A stretch of DNA of 51,492 nt, filler included, from Sphacelaria rigidula (Eukaryota): assembly GCA_964200075.2 (NCBI GenBank). It is 4 parts of 4 records of this genome, joined end to end, with 100 filler letters (N's around TTAATTAATTAA, not from the genome) between each part and the next. Parts side by side here need not be neighbours in the genome. Positions count along the whole stretch, not along the records: positions 12,901 to 25,699 come from CAXNAA020003409.1; 3 more parts are not named here. One strand, 5' to 3'. This document shows positions 12,801 through 24,050 of the stretch, in pieces. Position 1 is the first letter of the stretch; every line of letters starts with the position of its first letter. Below the pieces are notes generated by a model. The model was not told the origin of the DNA, did not search any database, and worked only from the letters and a program-made list of their open reading frames with translations. The position numbers and the translations under genes were made by a program.

Positions 12801-12900
12801 NNNNNNNNNNNNNNNNNNNNNNNNNNNNNNNNNNNNNNNNNNNNTTAATTAATTAANNNNNNNNNNNNNNNNNNNNNNNNNNNNNNNNNNNNNNNNNNNN
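12801..12900. other. Assembly gap with artificial TTAATTAATTAA spacer
   Basis: 100-nt N block with a central six-frame stop linker, identical in all three gaps. Confidence 0.98.
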
Positions 12901-13163
12901 GCACTCTGTGACCACGGGTTCGAGAGATCGAGCTAATGTGATGGATAAAATAATAGTTATGATAATACAGTAGCCTTTACCGTTTTGACGCTCTTATTAT
13001 ACTGTGTACAGAGACTCGATTGCAAAACCGACCGCACATTACTACCGACCGGCAACCACCGTGGAGTACGAAATGTACTGTACCGCACCGGACAGTACCG
13101 CACCGTATGACAACAAACTGTTATATAGTGTACACAGCTTCACGAAGATTCAGCCGTTGATAC

Positions 13164-14267
13164 TTACTTGTGCGTAGCTTCACGAAGATACACGGGCTGG
13201 TAGCTGGATCTGTAGAAGGTTTGCACAGAGAAGGTGCAGGTGCGGGTAGTGCATTCCGGGACGACGTAGCGAGAAATCATGAGCAGCACCAATCGTGCTT
13301 CTGCTGCACAACACGTAATTGATCCGTCATGAGCATCGGCGAAGACAAGAACCCTTTCGCCAACTCGCCAGCTGGCGGCCGCACTTGCGTGTACAGCTGC
13401 AAGGTGGCGGCCAACTTCGTCGCGCACGGCTGCTCCAGCTGCAGCAATCGTGCCAACACAGCCAGTGTCTGTGCCTGGTGTGTGGTCTGCCGGGACGGCA
13501 AGACTGGCTCCTGGTCGCGATACATCACGCCCACAAAGCAGCAGAAGTGCGTCGGCAGCAGACGGTGGAGACTCATCTTCTCGAGCGCCTGCTGCAGGCG
13601 CTCGAGTGGGAGTTGGGTCGGCGCCGTCGGCAGGCGATGTATATTCATTCGAGCTAGGGCTGGCGGGACGCGACCGAGGTGTGGTAGTTGGGCAAGCGCC
13701 GGCGATAATTAGCAATAATTCGTTCGGTGGAGGGTCGACGGGGAGTGGTCGAGGGCCGGCGGGAGGTGGCCGAGGAGGAAGTAGGCGGACACCGGTGGCA
13801 GGGGGGAGAGACTCACTCGGCCGAGCGCCGGCAGGAGGTGGCCGAGAAGGAAGTGGGCGGGCACCGGTGACAGTTGAGAGGAACTCGTTCGGTCGAGCGT
13901 CCGCGGGGGGTGGCCGAGCGCCGGCAGGAGCCGACCGACGCTAGTTTGGGCGGTCCCCGCTGGCAGGCCGAGGTGTGAGTGGGCGGGTGCTGCTGGCAGG
14001 TGGGAGGGACTCGCTCGGCCGAGCGCCGGCGGGAGGTGGTCGAGAAGGGACTGGGCGGGCGCCGCTTGCACGTGGGGGAGACTCATCTGGACGAGCGTCG
14101 ACGGCAGGTGGTCGAGCGACTGCTGCGCGGCGCACCCCAGGTAGAGGCGGCTGAGGCAGGCGCAGCCATGCAGCAACTTTAAATACGCACTGCTGTATAT
14201 GCCACCGTGAGTACAACTCCATGCACCTATTAAGGCAAACGCGGAGGAAACGTTGTAATGGCAACAA
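13164..14267 (-). pseudogene. Pro/Ala-rich repeat ORF with one in-frame stop, divergent from the KDZ gene
   Basis: ORF 13941..14267 and ORF 13164..13715 share a frame and are separated only by TAG at 13941-13943. Repeated RPPPAGARPSESLPP peptide units. Confidence 0.4.
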
Positions 14268-17200
14268 GTGCGGGCGATGGGCTTGCAGCGGCTGCTATAG
14301 TGATTTTAACCGTGACCTCAACGTCAAGTGCTGCCGATGCGACAAGAGCATCTGCCAGTTTTGCGAATGCCGAGGGTGAGTCTGTGATGGGTATAAGTGC
14401 GATTTCCTCCCGTATCGCTGATCCCTCCCTGTGTTTCAGCGTCGTAGTGTTTCCGTGTGAGTACATGTGTGCGATGTTTTGGCGTCAGGTTTAGCGTAAT
14501 TTCCAAGTGGAACACACGGCCGAAACAGACGGCGGTGAATGCGACACACATGAACCGAAAACTCTGAAAACGACTGTGGCAATGAATACTTTAAACTCGA
14601 AGCCAGTTTATATTTACTGTTCTTATTGATGTGCAGCCTCTTGTCTGGTACCACCAAAACGTCCAGGAAATTTGTGTTGAAGCAATTCGGCGGAATACTG
14701 ATGTGAGGTGGAGGAGTGTGTACATTTTCTTACGCCATACCCTCCAGACCACCCCCCACCCATCCTCCCCCATCAGTATACTGCTTGTTGTCGTTGACAT
14801 TCTACATGTTCTGTTTCTGGATGTGACGGACGCCCTCATGGGGTCGGTAGGGAGGATGGTGCAGCATCAAAGCGTGCCTCGCCGATGTGATCATTAAACT
14901 ACCGCTTGCTGCAATGTACAACCCGTTGGTTGGACGTGAAAACAGGTGTAAGCGACGGAGGGCAAGGAAGGCCGCAGTCGACAAAGGCAGCGGTAGTAAG
15001 CGACCATATGTGCGTGTGCAGCGCTCGGATGGCAATAGACATGTGCGACCAACCGTCTTCAAGTCTCCTGCTAGTAAGCACGATGCTGCAACCAGCACCG
15101 TAGTGTCAGTTTGCACCTCTTCCTCCCAGAACAGGGTGGTGACACTGGTAGATACAGACTCAGGGCGGAGCAGCTACTCAAGAGAAGAGTGTCACACGTG
15201 AGTCCGCCTCCTGCTTTGTTTCATTTCGGAGTCCAACACCAGGTAGCGGCATGATAAGGTGGTGAGGGGAATAACCCCACGTCGAGGTTCGCGTTGCCGT
15301 CACCGTTTCCTCCTTCGAATGTGATTCGGACAGTCAAACCGGGATTGTTGTGGCCGCCCATGTGCTGTCGTCGGTCATGCCAACATATCTAGTGCTGGAC
15401 TGAAAACTTGGCGATTACTAAATTATGTGAGACGGACCAAGCTAAAACCTATCGAATGCGAAGGGCTAGGGCTCCACAGCCGATCCATGGAATCTAATCG
15501 GCGGGCGTTGAGTTTCCGCGACGTGCTCTCCTCTGCGCCTTTTTCACGTCAGTCTTTCGCACGCAGGTAAAGTACGGCGACAGGTCGGAACCAGCGGCGG
15601 CCAAGTGGAGAGTGTGGCCGACGACGTGTGCAGTCACGCTCGCGCAGCCTTCAATGCCCTGACTGAGAAGACCATGCAAGTTGCCGAGAGGGTGGCATTT
15701 TGCGACACCGAAATCTTCACGAAACATGTGTGCGAAGCGACGGGGAAGGGTATGTTGTCGCAGGAGGACGGCAGGACATTGGTTGAAATGGCCAAGAATG
15801 CAGAGCTTGTCGGAGTGCCCCCTCTAGTACGAAGAGGTGCAACGGGGTTCTTTGCCGTGCGAGAGAGCGTGGGTCGTACGGGTGAGCACCGGTGGGCGCA
15901 CGTGAAGAAATATGACAACCTGGAGACGCGATTAATGTGCAAGGTAATGTGGTTATACATTCAGCAATTGCACAGCATAGTGGGGCTGAAACATTTGACG
16001 TTGGTACGCGTATGCTGGAACTCTATCTGGTACACTAGCTATCGGTGCTATCTCGCTCAGTATCTCAATATTGCGAAACGACATATTTGTGCGTGACATG
16101 AACGGGGAAGCTGTCGAGGCCCATGGCTACCTCACTTTCCATATGCCGATGTTCATATCAACACGTCGGTGTACACTCAGGAGTACGAGGCCGCCCATAT
16201 ATCGTGAACCCCACAGGCTACCAGAGGGAAACGGTGTACAGAAAGCATACTGCAAGGAACTGGGACGTGCAAACACACGAACATGGTAGCGCTGGGTTTG
16301 TGCGTACAGGGAGATAAACGGGTGGGCTCTGGTGCGGAGGTGGATGCTGTGAAGGCGCCTACGGATAGCTCTGATTCCCAGAGGCCGCGTGGACAGGCGG
16401 GGGGGCGATCAGCCTTCGCTTTTCTGCAGGAGAGACCAGAAGCGTTCCGGAGAAAAATGCGGGACTCCCTCAACCTCATTGCGGCAGTCCAGTTTCCACC
16501 ACGAAATCCGGCTGGGCTCCCTGCATACAACAGAGACTTGGAGCAATCAAAGTTCACAGCATCGCAGGAACGATGCAATATGTGCAGGGGATCATTCACG
16601 CCGGCAGGTTCGGTCACAGCGAAGTTGCTGACTCGGGTAAGGCAACGGTGGGAAGAATTGGCCGGTAGTGTGACGTTCAGTGTTTTCAGTACGGAAGGCA
16701 GCATGTGGTAGGTCAGGCGTTTATTGATATCGTTTTGGAATTTTCTGCGGGACCTTGTCAGGGCATGACGAAGCAAAAGAAGTGGGTCAAAAGACATTTC
16801 ACTGGTCTAGGACGTTTCATTACGGTAAACATAGTTTTTGCACGAGAACGCCCCAACCTGTCCCTCAAGAGGGAAGTGAAGGCCCATTCGTTTCTCTTCA
16901 GGATGCCTCTGCGATTCTCCATTCTCAGTTTCAAGTCACAATTGGAGAAACTGAGCTGAAAACTGAGGTAAGGTCCAAGAACAATATTCATGTTCTCTCA
17001 GAACTCTCCTGAAAAAACGAAAAACAAATGAAAAATTAAAGAAAAAAGTTTTTTCAATTATCATGCACTACGACCTGGGCCAGCCAAGAGTGGGTGTAAA
17101 TCTCGCTCAGGCGACGCACGGCGCGATATTAGGATTTGAACGCTGAAAAGTTGACAACAGCTTTTTATAGTCGGAATGCTGAAGATCACGCGAGCAGCAA

Positions 17201-17399
17201 AGAAAAAGACAAAAAGTTACAGGCATTCGAAATTTCAGCGCAAATAAGATATTGTCATAAGTCCAGGAAAAAATGAGAATCTGCAGGTGGACGCGTGAAG
17301 CATCAGTGCCGTGGATGTAAAAGGCCCCCCCTAATCTTTCAGCTCAAGAGTCGTCGAATTGGGCCGTGCGTTCAATATTTTCTGTGACGCTGCTGCACC

Positions 17400-17475
17400 A
17401 CTATAAACCAAGTGATGGGAGTCTCCTATCATGGAGGTCACGAGTTCGAATCCCAACATATTCTCTTTTTTTTTC
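17400..17475 (+). other. Degenerate tRNA/SINE-like Pol III remnant in KDZ intron 3
   Basis: B-box-like GAGTTCGAATCCC at 17442-17454 followed by a T run. No convincing A-box or cloverleaf. Confidence 0.3.
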
Positions 17476-20400
17476 GTCCGTCGTTAAGGTCATACATTGT
17501 GCAGCACATTTGCTTCCATTTTTATGTCATTCATAAGTTTTGATTAATATAATTTTTCACATAGAATTGTTTCAGTTTCAGTATTAAGAACCCTCCAACC
17601 CAGTCTGCAAGGTTGCAATGAATGTGGATTGCACAACTGGCAGTGAATAGGCAGCACAGCAGTATTTGGAACAGCGAGGGTACCTCTTTTTCTCCTGAGG
17701 CGGGAAGCTATGTCCTTTATCCTCCTCGCTCAAGCCCAATTTTTTCTATTCTCCCAAGAGAATTGTGCTCGAAACTATGCTGGCGTAGTCGGTAAAAACC
17801 AAACACCATCCTTTCCTTTTCGTGCCTCCCATACCTCGCCTTTTCAGGGCGTTGGCGGTCTCCAACTCGAAGCAGTTACTGTAGACCGAAGGGAGTGTGG
17901 GTGCCGGACCGCTGCGATTGGTGACTGGCGGAGCACCGGAGCTTTTCATTTCGGCAACAGCTGAGTCATCGAGGTGCACGTTCTGTACAATTGTCTCGAC
18001 GGATTCATGGCGGGCACTCCCATCACGACATGGTTTAAAGCGGAACTTGAGCACCTTAAATTTGACACGTCATGGGGAAGAGCTAATCAAGAACTCCACT
18101 TGAGGTGAGTGATGCGGCAATTGATTCAGGAAATATATGCCATATCGCCAATTTGAGCGGGTTACCGACTGACCGGTCGTTTGGGGTCCTACGAGTGTAC
18201 AGGCGCAGTTTTTTACTCTTTTACTTTTTTGGTCAACCCATAGATACGCCTGTTATAGCGAAGAACCAAATGGACTATATGTTGTATTCCTGTACACCCG
18301 TAGCGCTACAGCCAAAACAGGGTGTTTTTTGGACCTTGCACGTTCAATACCACCCCCTCGATAAACGGGGTTTTAAGGCCATGTAGTTCCAACAACACAA
18401 AACCGGGACATGTGCTCGAGAGACAAGCTACTTCTTTCCTGCCGTGCGTGTCGCCACCGCCGATGCCACCTTCGCCCCTCTTGTTTCTCTATTCTACGTG
18501 CTAGCCTTGTCCGCGGCGACAATTTGCTCAATACGCTGAAGAACGCCTCCCTAGCATTCTTGGCGCTGATCGATTTTCCGATGGAGCTCCGGTGCTGGCA
18601 GTGGGGCGACTTTCCCGATATTCTCACCTTCGACGCCTGCATGAAAGTCGGAACCGATTTCATCACGGGCACCCACCTGGATGCGTCGCGGCCAGAGCAG
18701 GACATCGACACAGAGCTCGTCTCTATCCTCTTAAAGCTGACGTTGGTGTCACCGATCTTCTTCGGAGGCCTGACAGTGGCCTTCGTCATGGTGGACGGGG
18801 CCAATACCGGCAACTCGCCAACCTGGATAGGGCCTCGCAGCCGCATATCGGAGGTTCTCCACAAGTCGGCACGGGGCAAGACGGCTGCAGAGGATGTCCA
18901 CAAGACGGGGAATGGGCAGGCGTTGGTGAACCACTTGAAGGATAAAGGAGGGATAGGTGCTGTCGAAAACATGGACAGGAAGACGCTACAAGCTCTGCAC
19001 AGGAAGTGCTTCTCGACGGGAGTCTCAAAGTGAGTGCAGTATGCCGCAGATAAACAAACATCGTTTGGGTTCCCACGTTCACCTCCCACGGAACGTAAAA
19101 GGGATTTTGCCAGGCCTCAACTGTGAGCTGTCGTCGCCATTTGTTTTAGTTCATTGGGCCCTGTCACTCTTCACTATGGTAATTCACGCCTGTCTCCCCC
19201 GTGTTATATTGCGCGCTCGGGCCTCCGGGAGGGGGGCGTCAGGGTCTGGACGGTGGCAGCATTGAAGTCGCTCTTCAAGGCCCTGCATACGTTTCACTAT
19301 TCGAAGGAAAACCCGAACTTCGACGACTACTCGAAGTTGTTTCTCGGTAGGGAGGCCTCGGTCGTGACCGCGGGAACATTCGCCGGATTCGCATCGTCGG
19401 GTGTTGTGGCGACCATGAAGCTGCTGCTGACGCAGGAGAGTGAGAGGGATCCAGCAGATGCCTTTCTCGGGTTGAAGGTATCTAGAGTGCGAGAATAGTC
19501 ATCCCTCTCTCACTTACTCGGAGAAAATGAATGAGGATGCCAGTGGACGTCGGATGAGACGACGAACTGGTGCCATTTTAATGTACTATTACGATTGGTG
19601 TTTTCGCCTTCCGATTGAAGTTTTTCGGCCTTCCGCTTGTATGCTTACCCTCTGGGAAAAATCGTGACTGACGCGTGCAGAACGCGCGGGGGGTGCTGTC
19701 GGGTCTGCCGGTTGCGATAGACGATGGTCAGTCTGTTGGCACTTGAATGTTTGATGCAAATTAGCCACAGAAGCAGAAGCGCAAATGAAGTAGTGCGTTT
19801 CCATGCGATCTTGCTTGCGCGTCGACCGCGGTGACGTCCAAAAATGTTCACCATGCTGTTTGCACCACTATACCTGTCCGTTCCCGTCTCGCCCACCACA
19901 CCCGCGCAGTGGCAGCCGATATTTGCCGTGTACGACTTTGCATGCGGGCTCGCAAAACAGCCGGAGGAGATGGCGCCAGGGTTGCTACACAACAAAGGTA
20001 TCTTTACTTGCCTCCCCATGACAGATGGCGCGGCTGCACACGGTGGAGGATTCGGTGAAGGGTCTAAAGATGGAGAGATGACAAGGGGGGGCGCTGGGGT
20101 GACGACTGCGGCAACCGAGCGAGCGGCGCCGCTCACGCCGGCACTTGTGGATGCGAGAGTGAAGGATCCGCGACACAGGGCGGCGGCCACAGGCGACGCG
20201 GTAGCCGGGGTTACCACAAGGTCTACTGTGTCGAACCCGGCAGCGCGGGGGACACGAGACGGGGCGGCGCCGGTAAACGGGAGCGTGGCGGAAATAGCAG
20301 CGGTGGAGGTTGCCGTGTCGAGATTCGAAGGAGTGGCAGCGGCGGTTAAGGCAAGAGTAGGCGGGGCGGCCGTCGAATTTGTGGGGGTCACTGCGCCTAA

Positions 20401-21365
20401 GGATGGAGCGCCGATGGCGGCGCTGCCTGCCGGGAGGAGGGCTAGGACAAAACGGGGCGGGGGAAGACACGCAGGGATGGTCGGGGCGAAAAGGTCACCC
20501 GTCGAAGCGGCGGCGGAGGGAGTGGAGAGAGGTCGTGTCAACCTCCCTGAGCTGGCGCATTTGGGAGACCACGGTCAAAGTGTCAGTCTCCCCGCATCGA
20601 ACGTGCCGCCCACCCCATGCGGTTGCGAGGAAAGGAACGCCATTCACGACGTGTACACGCTGAAAGCGAGGTCGCGACCTGACGCCCCGCAGAGCCGACT
20701 AGGTGTGGAGGACCTCCTGTCCTACCACGCTAACTTGAGTTCGTCCGCTGGCAGGGCGGCTTCCCTGGCGGCTACTTGCAGCATTTCATCGCTGCGTGTG
20801 CAAGGCCAGCGTATCCTATCTCTTCACGAGGTACTCGTTTTTACGTACCATTGGCATTCAGCGGTGACGGCTCAAGGCATCGACGTCGTATCCGTGGGAA
20901 TTGAAGGATGGGAGCTACTCGCTGCGGATGTAACGCCATCCCCACCGTCTTCTGAGAGTGGGGGTGGATGGTCGCAGAAGGGAGACGATAGACCACAAGC
21001 CGTTCGCGTGTCACACGCTATGGAGGTTGAGCGAGAGCTACTTGTTGTGATATCGGGATCTCGGGAAGGTATCCCACCCTCTCTACCGTCGCTTGGAGAA
21101 ATGACCAACTGGGTGGTGGAGCAGGCAACTTGTCGACCGTTCGTCAGGGTAATAGACGGGCTGCATTCCTACGCAGAGGTGAGGAAGCTGTGGCCGGAAA
21201 CGATCCAACCATTACATGCCACGGTAGGATTGGATGAGAAACGAAGGTGCTGAAATCAAAATAACTAAAATTGACGACCGAAATAGTGCATGTTTTTTTA
21301 AGATACCATACGTCGGAGGACTGACCACCCCTCGAAACGAATGCATTCGTTAGTGGTTTTTTTAA

Positions 21366-21715
21366 ACACCGAGCGTGACTCCTGCGCTCAAGTGAATTAT
21401 TTTGGAAACCAACGAGCAGGGCTCGTTTGCTCACGTCGCTTATTTTTCTCACCACGAGCAACGACTCGAGTGCTGAAGTCATTACTCTTTTTGCCGACGA
21501 ACGACGACGTGAGTGGTCGAGCTATTAACGTTTGTAACCAGGAGCACACTGTCGTTTTCTAGGGTCGTTCATTTGTTGAACCACGAGCAATGACTTGACT
21601 GCTCGAGCTATTCATTCCCTGGACCACGACCAGTTTACTCGTGTATTGGAGCCCTATCTTTTTCCACCACGAGCGCTCACTGGTGAGCTCCAATAATTTT
21701 TTCCCACCATGAGCT
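21366..21715 (+). repeat. Degenerate ~43-bp minisatellite (9 units, core ACCACGAGC) in KDZ intron 7
   Basis: Core variants start at about 21366, 21408, 21451, 21493, 21537, 21580, 21623, 21666 and 21706. Confidence 0.85.
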
Positions 21716-23089
21716 ACTTACTCAGCTGCTGTCCGTCCAGAATCTCCACGGCAAGCTTCACTTTACTGTGCGTCGCGCAGGCCAAGGTCCAATTTGTTGT
21801 GGAAGACCTGCTCCCTTCTGGCCCAGAAGAACGGATATGAGCCGGTAAGTCAGTGCGTCGCGCGTGCTCGTAGGAGAAGGTCCCGTGGGCACGGATTGTC
21901 CATGTGCGCTGCCACACGCGCACGCTGGAAATTCCCCATGAATGAGACAATGTACCCCAGTTTCCCGGTGTAGCCCACACGAGGTAGTTCGTATACTACA
22001 CTGCTTCACGATCGTGCATCGAAAAGCGCGAAGCGCACTAAGGGTCAATTATCGGGTTTGACTGTAATATTCTCGTCCGTGCTCGTCCCTCGTCATATTT
22101 CAGAGCGCGCCGTACGCAGTGGTATCGGCTTCAGCCAAAATGTTGCCTGGGTCAAGTCCCTACAAATAGCGCTGGCCCCGAACGTTCTTCCACATGATAG
22201 CGCCGGAGAGGACTTCAAGGTCGCAGGTTACGGCATAAAATTGCACGACACGGCCAACGATGGCCACAAGCGCACCTCCAATGGCCGGCGTCGCCCGCAT
22301 CTCCACATGCGTTGCTCAAGCGGAATGTACGTCGGGCCCGATGGTCCGCACGAGAAGAACCACGACGCTGACTGCAGGCGAAAGTACGCTGGGTTGTCTC
22401 AATGGTTGGAAATTAGCGGCGTAAATCTTAATCCCCACGAGCAAGACAATTCCCTCTTGACTTTGCACGTGCGTACGCTATCCAACATGACGCTAGAGGT
22501 CTTGATTTACTCTCTACGAGTCATTCACGAGGTACGCAACGAGGCCATCAACATGGAAACCCTGATGAGGATCGTACGAAATAGCATGCACCACAGGAAG
22601 GGAGGGGCTGCCACGGTCTGTGCATTTGACATCTGGATCCGCGGACGGTACTTTTGTAACTTCCCCTTGATGCGAGTGTTTGACCGTTTTGGGAGGGTTG
22701 ATGTAGTCTCCTTGCGTGCGATACTTGGGCAGGGGAAGGCTTCGTAAGGCGCGTCGCAGGGGTGGGAGGGGGTCGTCTCTGGGAGGGAGTGTTATTTGGG
22801 CAGGGGCGGTGATGCCATTGAGTGCGCTTGCTGTGGGTGGAAAGTGATTTGGGTGTTCGCGGCGTGCCTGTGATTGGGTGGCCGTTGCGGTTGTCGTTCT
22901 CCGTTCGTTGTACTCTTTTGCAAGTACTTTCAGATTTGTCCTGACACTTCAACATGTCTATGAACATGCCCATTTCCCTGAGTTTTACATATTTTGATCT
23001 CGATCCCCCATCAGCATTCCTGTATAATCGTCATATTCCGTGAGCGCCTGGCAAGGGCAAGAAAGATTACCACTGATCTTTCAACCAGT

Positions 23090-24050
23090 CATCACATAAT
23101 AATCGTCGTGAACCACCGCCTGTCCTTTGGGACCACCGTCTGCCGTTCGACCCTGGAAAATGAAAATATATCACGTACTGACTTTTCATCTGGTAGTTGT
23201 CGTACATCATCGGCACTCGTTAGGGAACGCCGTGTCTACTTTGACCCCGGAAAGTGAGCGAATGTGACCAAGTCATATACATATGACACTCGTTGTTCAC
23301 TACCATCAGTTGCTCGGAGAGATCGCTTGTGGTTCGACCCTGGCAGATGAACCGGTATGATCCAGTGTTTACCGAAGATACTCGTTACCCATCACCAACA
23401 CTTGTCCGGGACCATCATTTTTGCACACTGACACATGATTAAAAAATAGCAAGATACCTGGCACATGATACTCGTCGTTAATCGTGGGCACTTGGTCGGG
23501 AACATATTCTTTACTCAGACCTTAGAAGGTGAAAATATTCTAGGCACAGAGTTTATACGTGCCAATCGTTGTCTAGCACCAGCACTCGTTCGGGAGTATC
23601 TTTGTTTATCTGACTCTGGCGGGTGATAAAAAAATAATTGGCCGGTGATATCTCACAATACACGGTGGATGTCCACCACCATTAGTTGCTCGAAGAGATC
23701 GCTTGTTGTACGACTGTGGCAGAGAACCGGTATGATCCAGTGATCACACAACATACTCGTCACCCATCGTCAGAACTTATGCGGGACCATCATTTTTGCA
23801 CCCCGGCAGGTGGGAAACAAATCGAGCGGGAGATGTTACACATCATACTCGTCGTTAAGCATGGGCACTTAATGGGGAACATCATCTTTACTCAGACCTT
23901 GGAAGGTGAAAATATTCGAGGCACAGGGTTTAAACTTCCCCATCGTTGTCCAGCACCAGGACTCGTTTGGGGACATCTTCGTTTATCTGACTCTGGTGGA
24001 TGAAAAAAACGTTAGCAGGTGATCTCACACATGAGACGGTGAATGTCATA
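23090..24050 (+). repeat. ~376-bp tandem repeat, two copies plus a diverged partial copy
   Basis: 23298-23673 and 23674-24048 share AGTTGCTCG.AGAGATCGCTTGT, GAACCGGTATGATCCAGTG, GGGACCATCATTTTTGCAC, CTTTACTCAGACCTT.GAAGGTGAAAATATTC and TTTATCTGACTCTGG. A weaker homologous block lies at 23090-23297. Confidence 0.92.

Larger units (their letters stand above)
14914..22747 (+). pseudogene. Spliced KDZ (Kyakuja-Dileera-Zisupton)/HMGXB3-like DDE transposase, ~1,377 codons, two in-frame TGA. Exons 14914-15197, 15553-15943, 16217-16636, 17848-18104, 18505-19029, 19243-19477, 19910-21223, 21781-21844, 22104-22747
   Basis: All 8 introns are GT-AG with matching phases. Motifs: SWIM-like C..C..CKH; CNMC...ECGC (CxC domain); GAFHFGNS*VIEVHVLY...GTPITTWF; LRCWQWGDFPDILTFD (D1); SAP-like helix; GVVATMKLLLTQESERDPADAFLGLK|WQPIFAVYDFACGLA (D2); DGPHEKNHDADC; VNLNPHEQDNS...LSNM...RNEAIN (E). 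The start codon is uncertain. Confidence 0.85.

Noticed and set aside
12845-12856. TTAATTAATTAA palindrome within N runs (also near 25744 and 38642)
   Set aside because: Identical six-frame stop linker centred in 100-nt gaps; a scaffolding artefact, not a piggyBac site or biological motif.
2190-12995. Direct repeat at 2200 and 12913 as the Gypsy LTR pair
   Set aside because: Similarity is under 100 bp, lacks TG...CA ends, and the second copy lies across an assembly gap.
17400-17460. Functional tRNA gene
   Set aside because: Only a T-loop/B-box-like motif is present; no acceptor stem or D-arm could be folded.
17962-17964. Selenocysteine or alternative-code reading of the in-frame TGA codons
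   Set aside because: No SECIS element was identified, TGG is used for Trp throughout, and simple nonsense mutation in a TE copy is more parsimonious.
19645-20541. 298-aa minus-strand ORF (and 18373..19089)
   Set aside because: Antisense shadows of KDZ transposase exons.
21366-21715. CRISPR-like appearance of regularly spaced cores
   Set aside because: The conserved core is only ~9 bp, the spacers are mutually related, the context is a eukaryotic intron and there are no cas genes.
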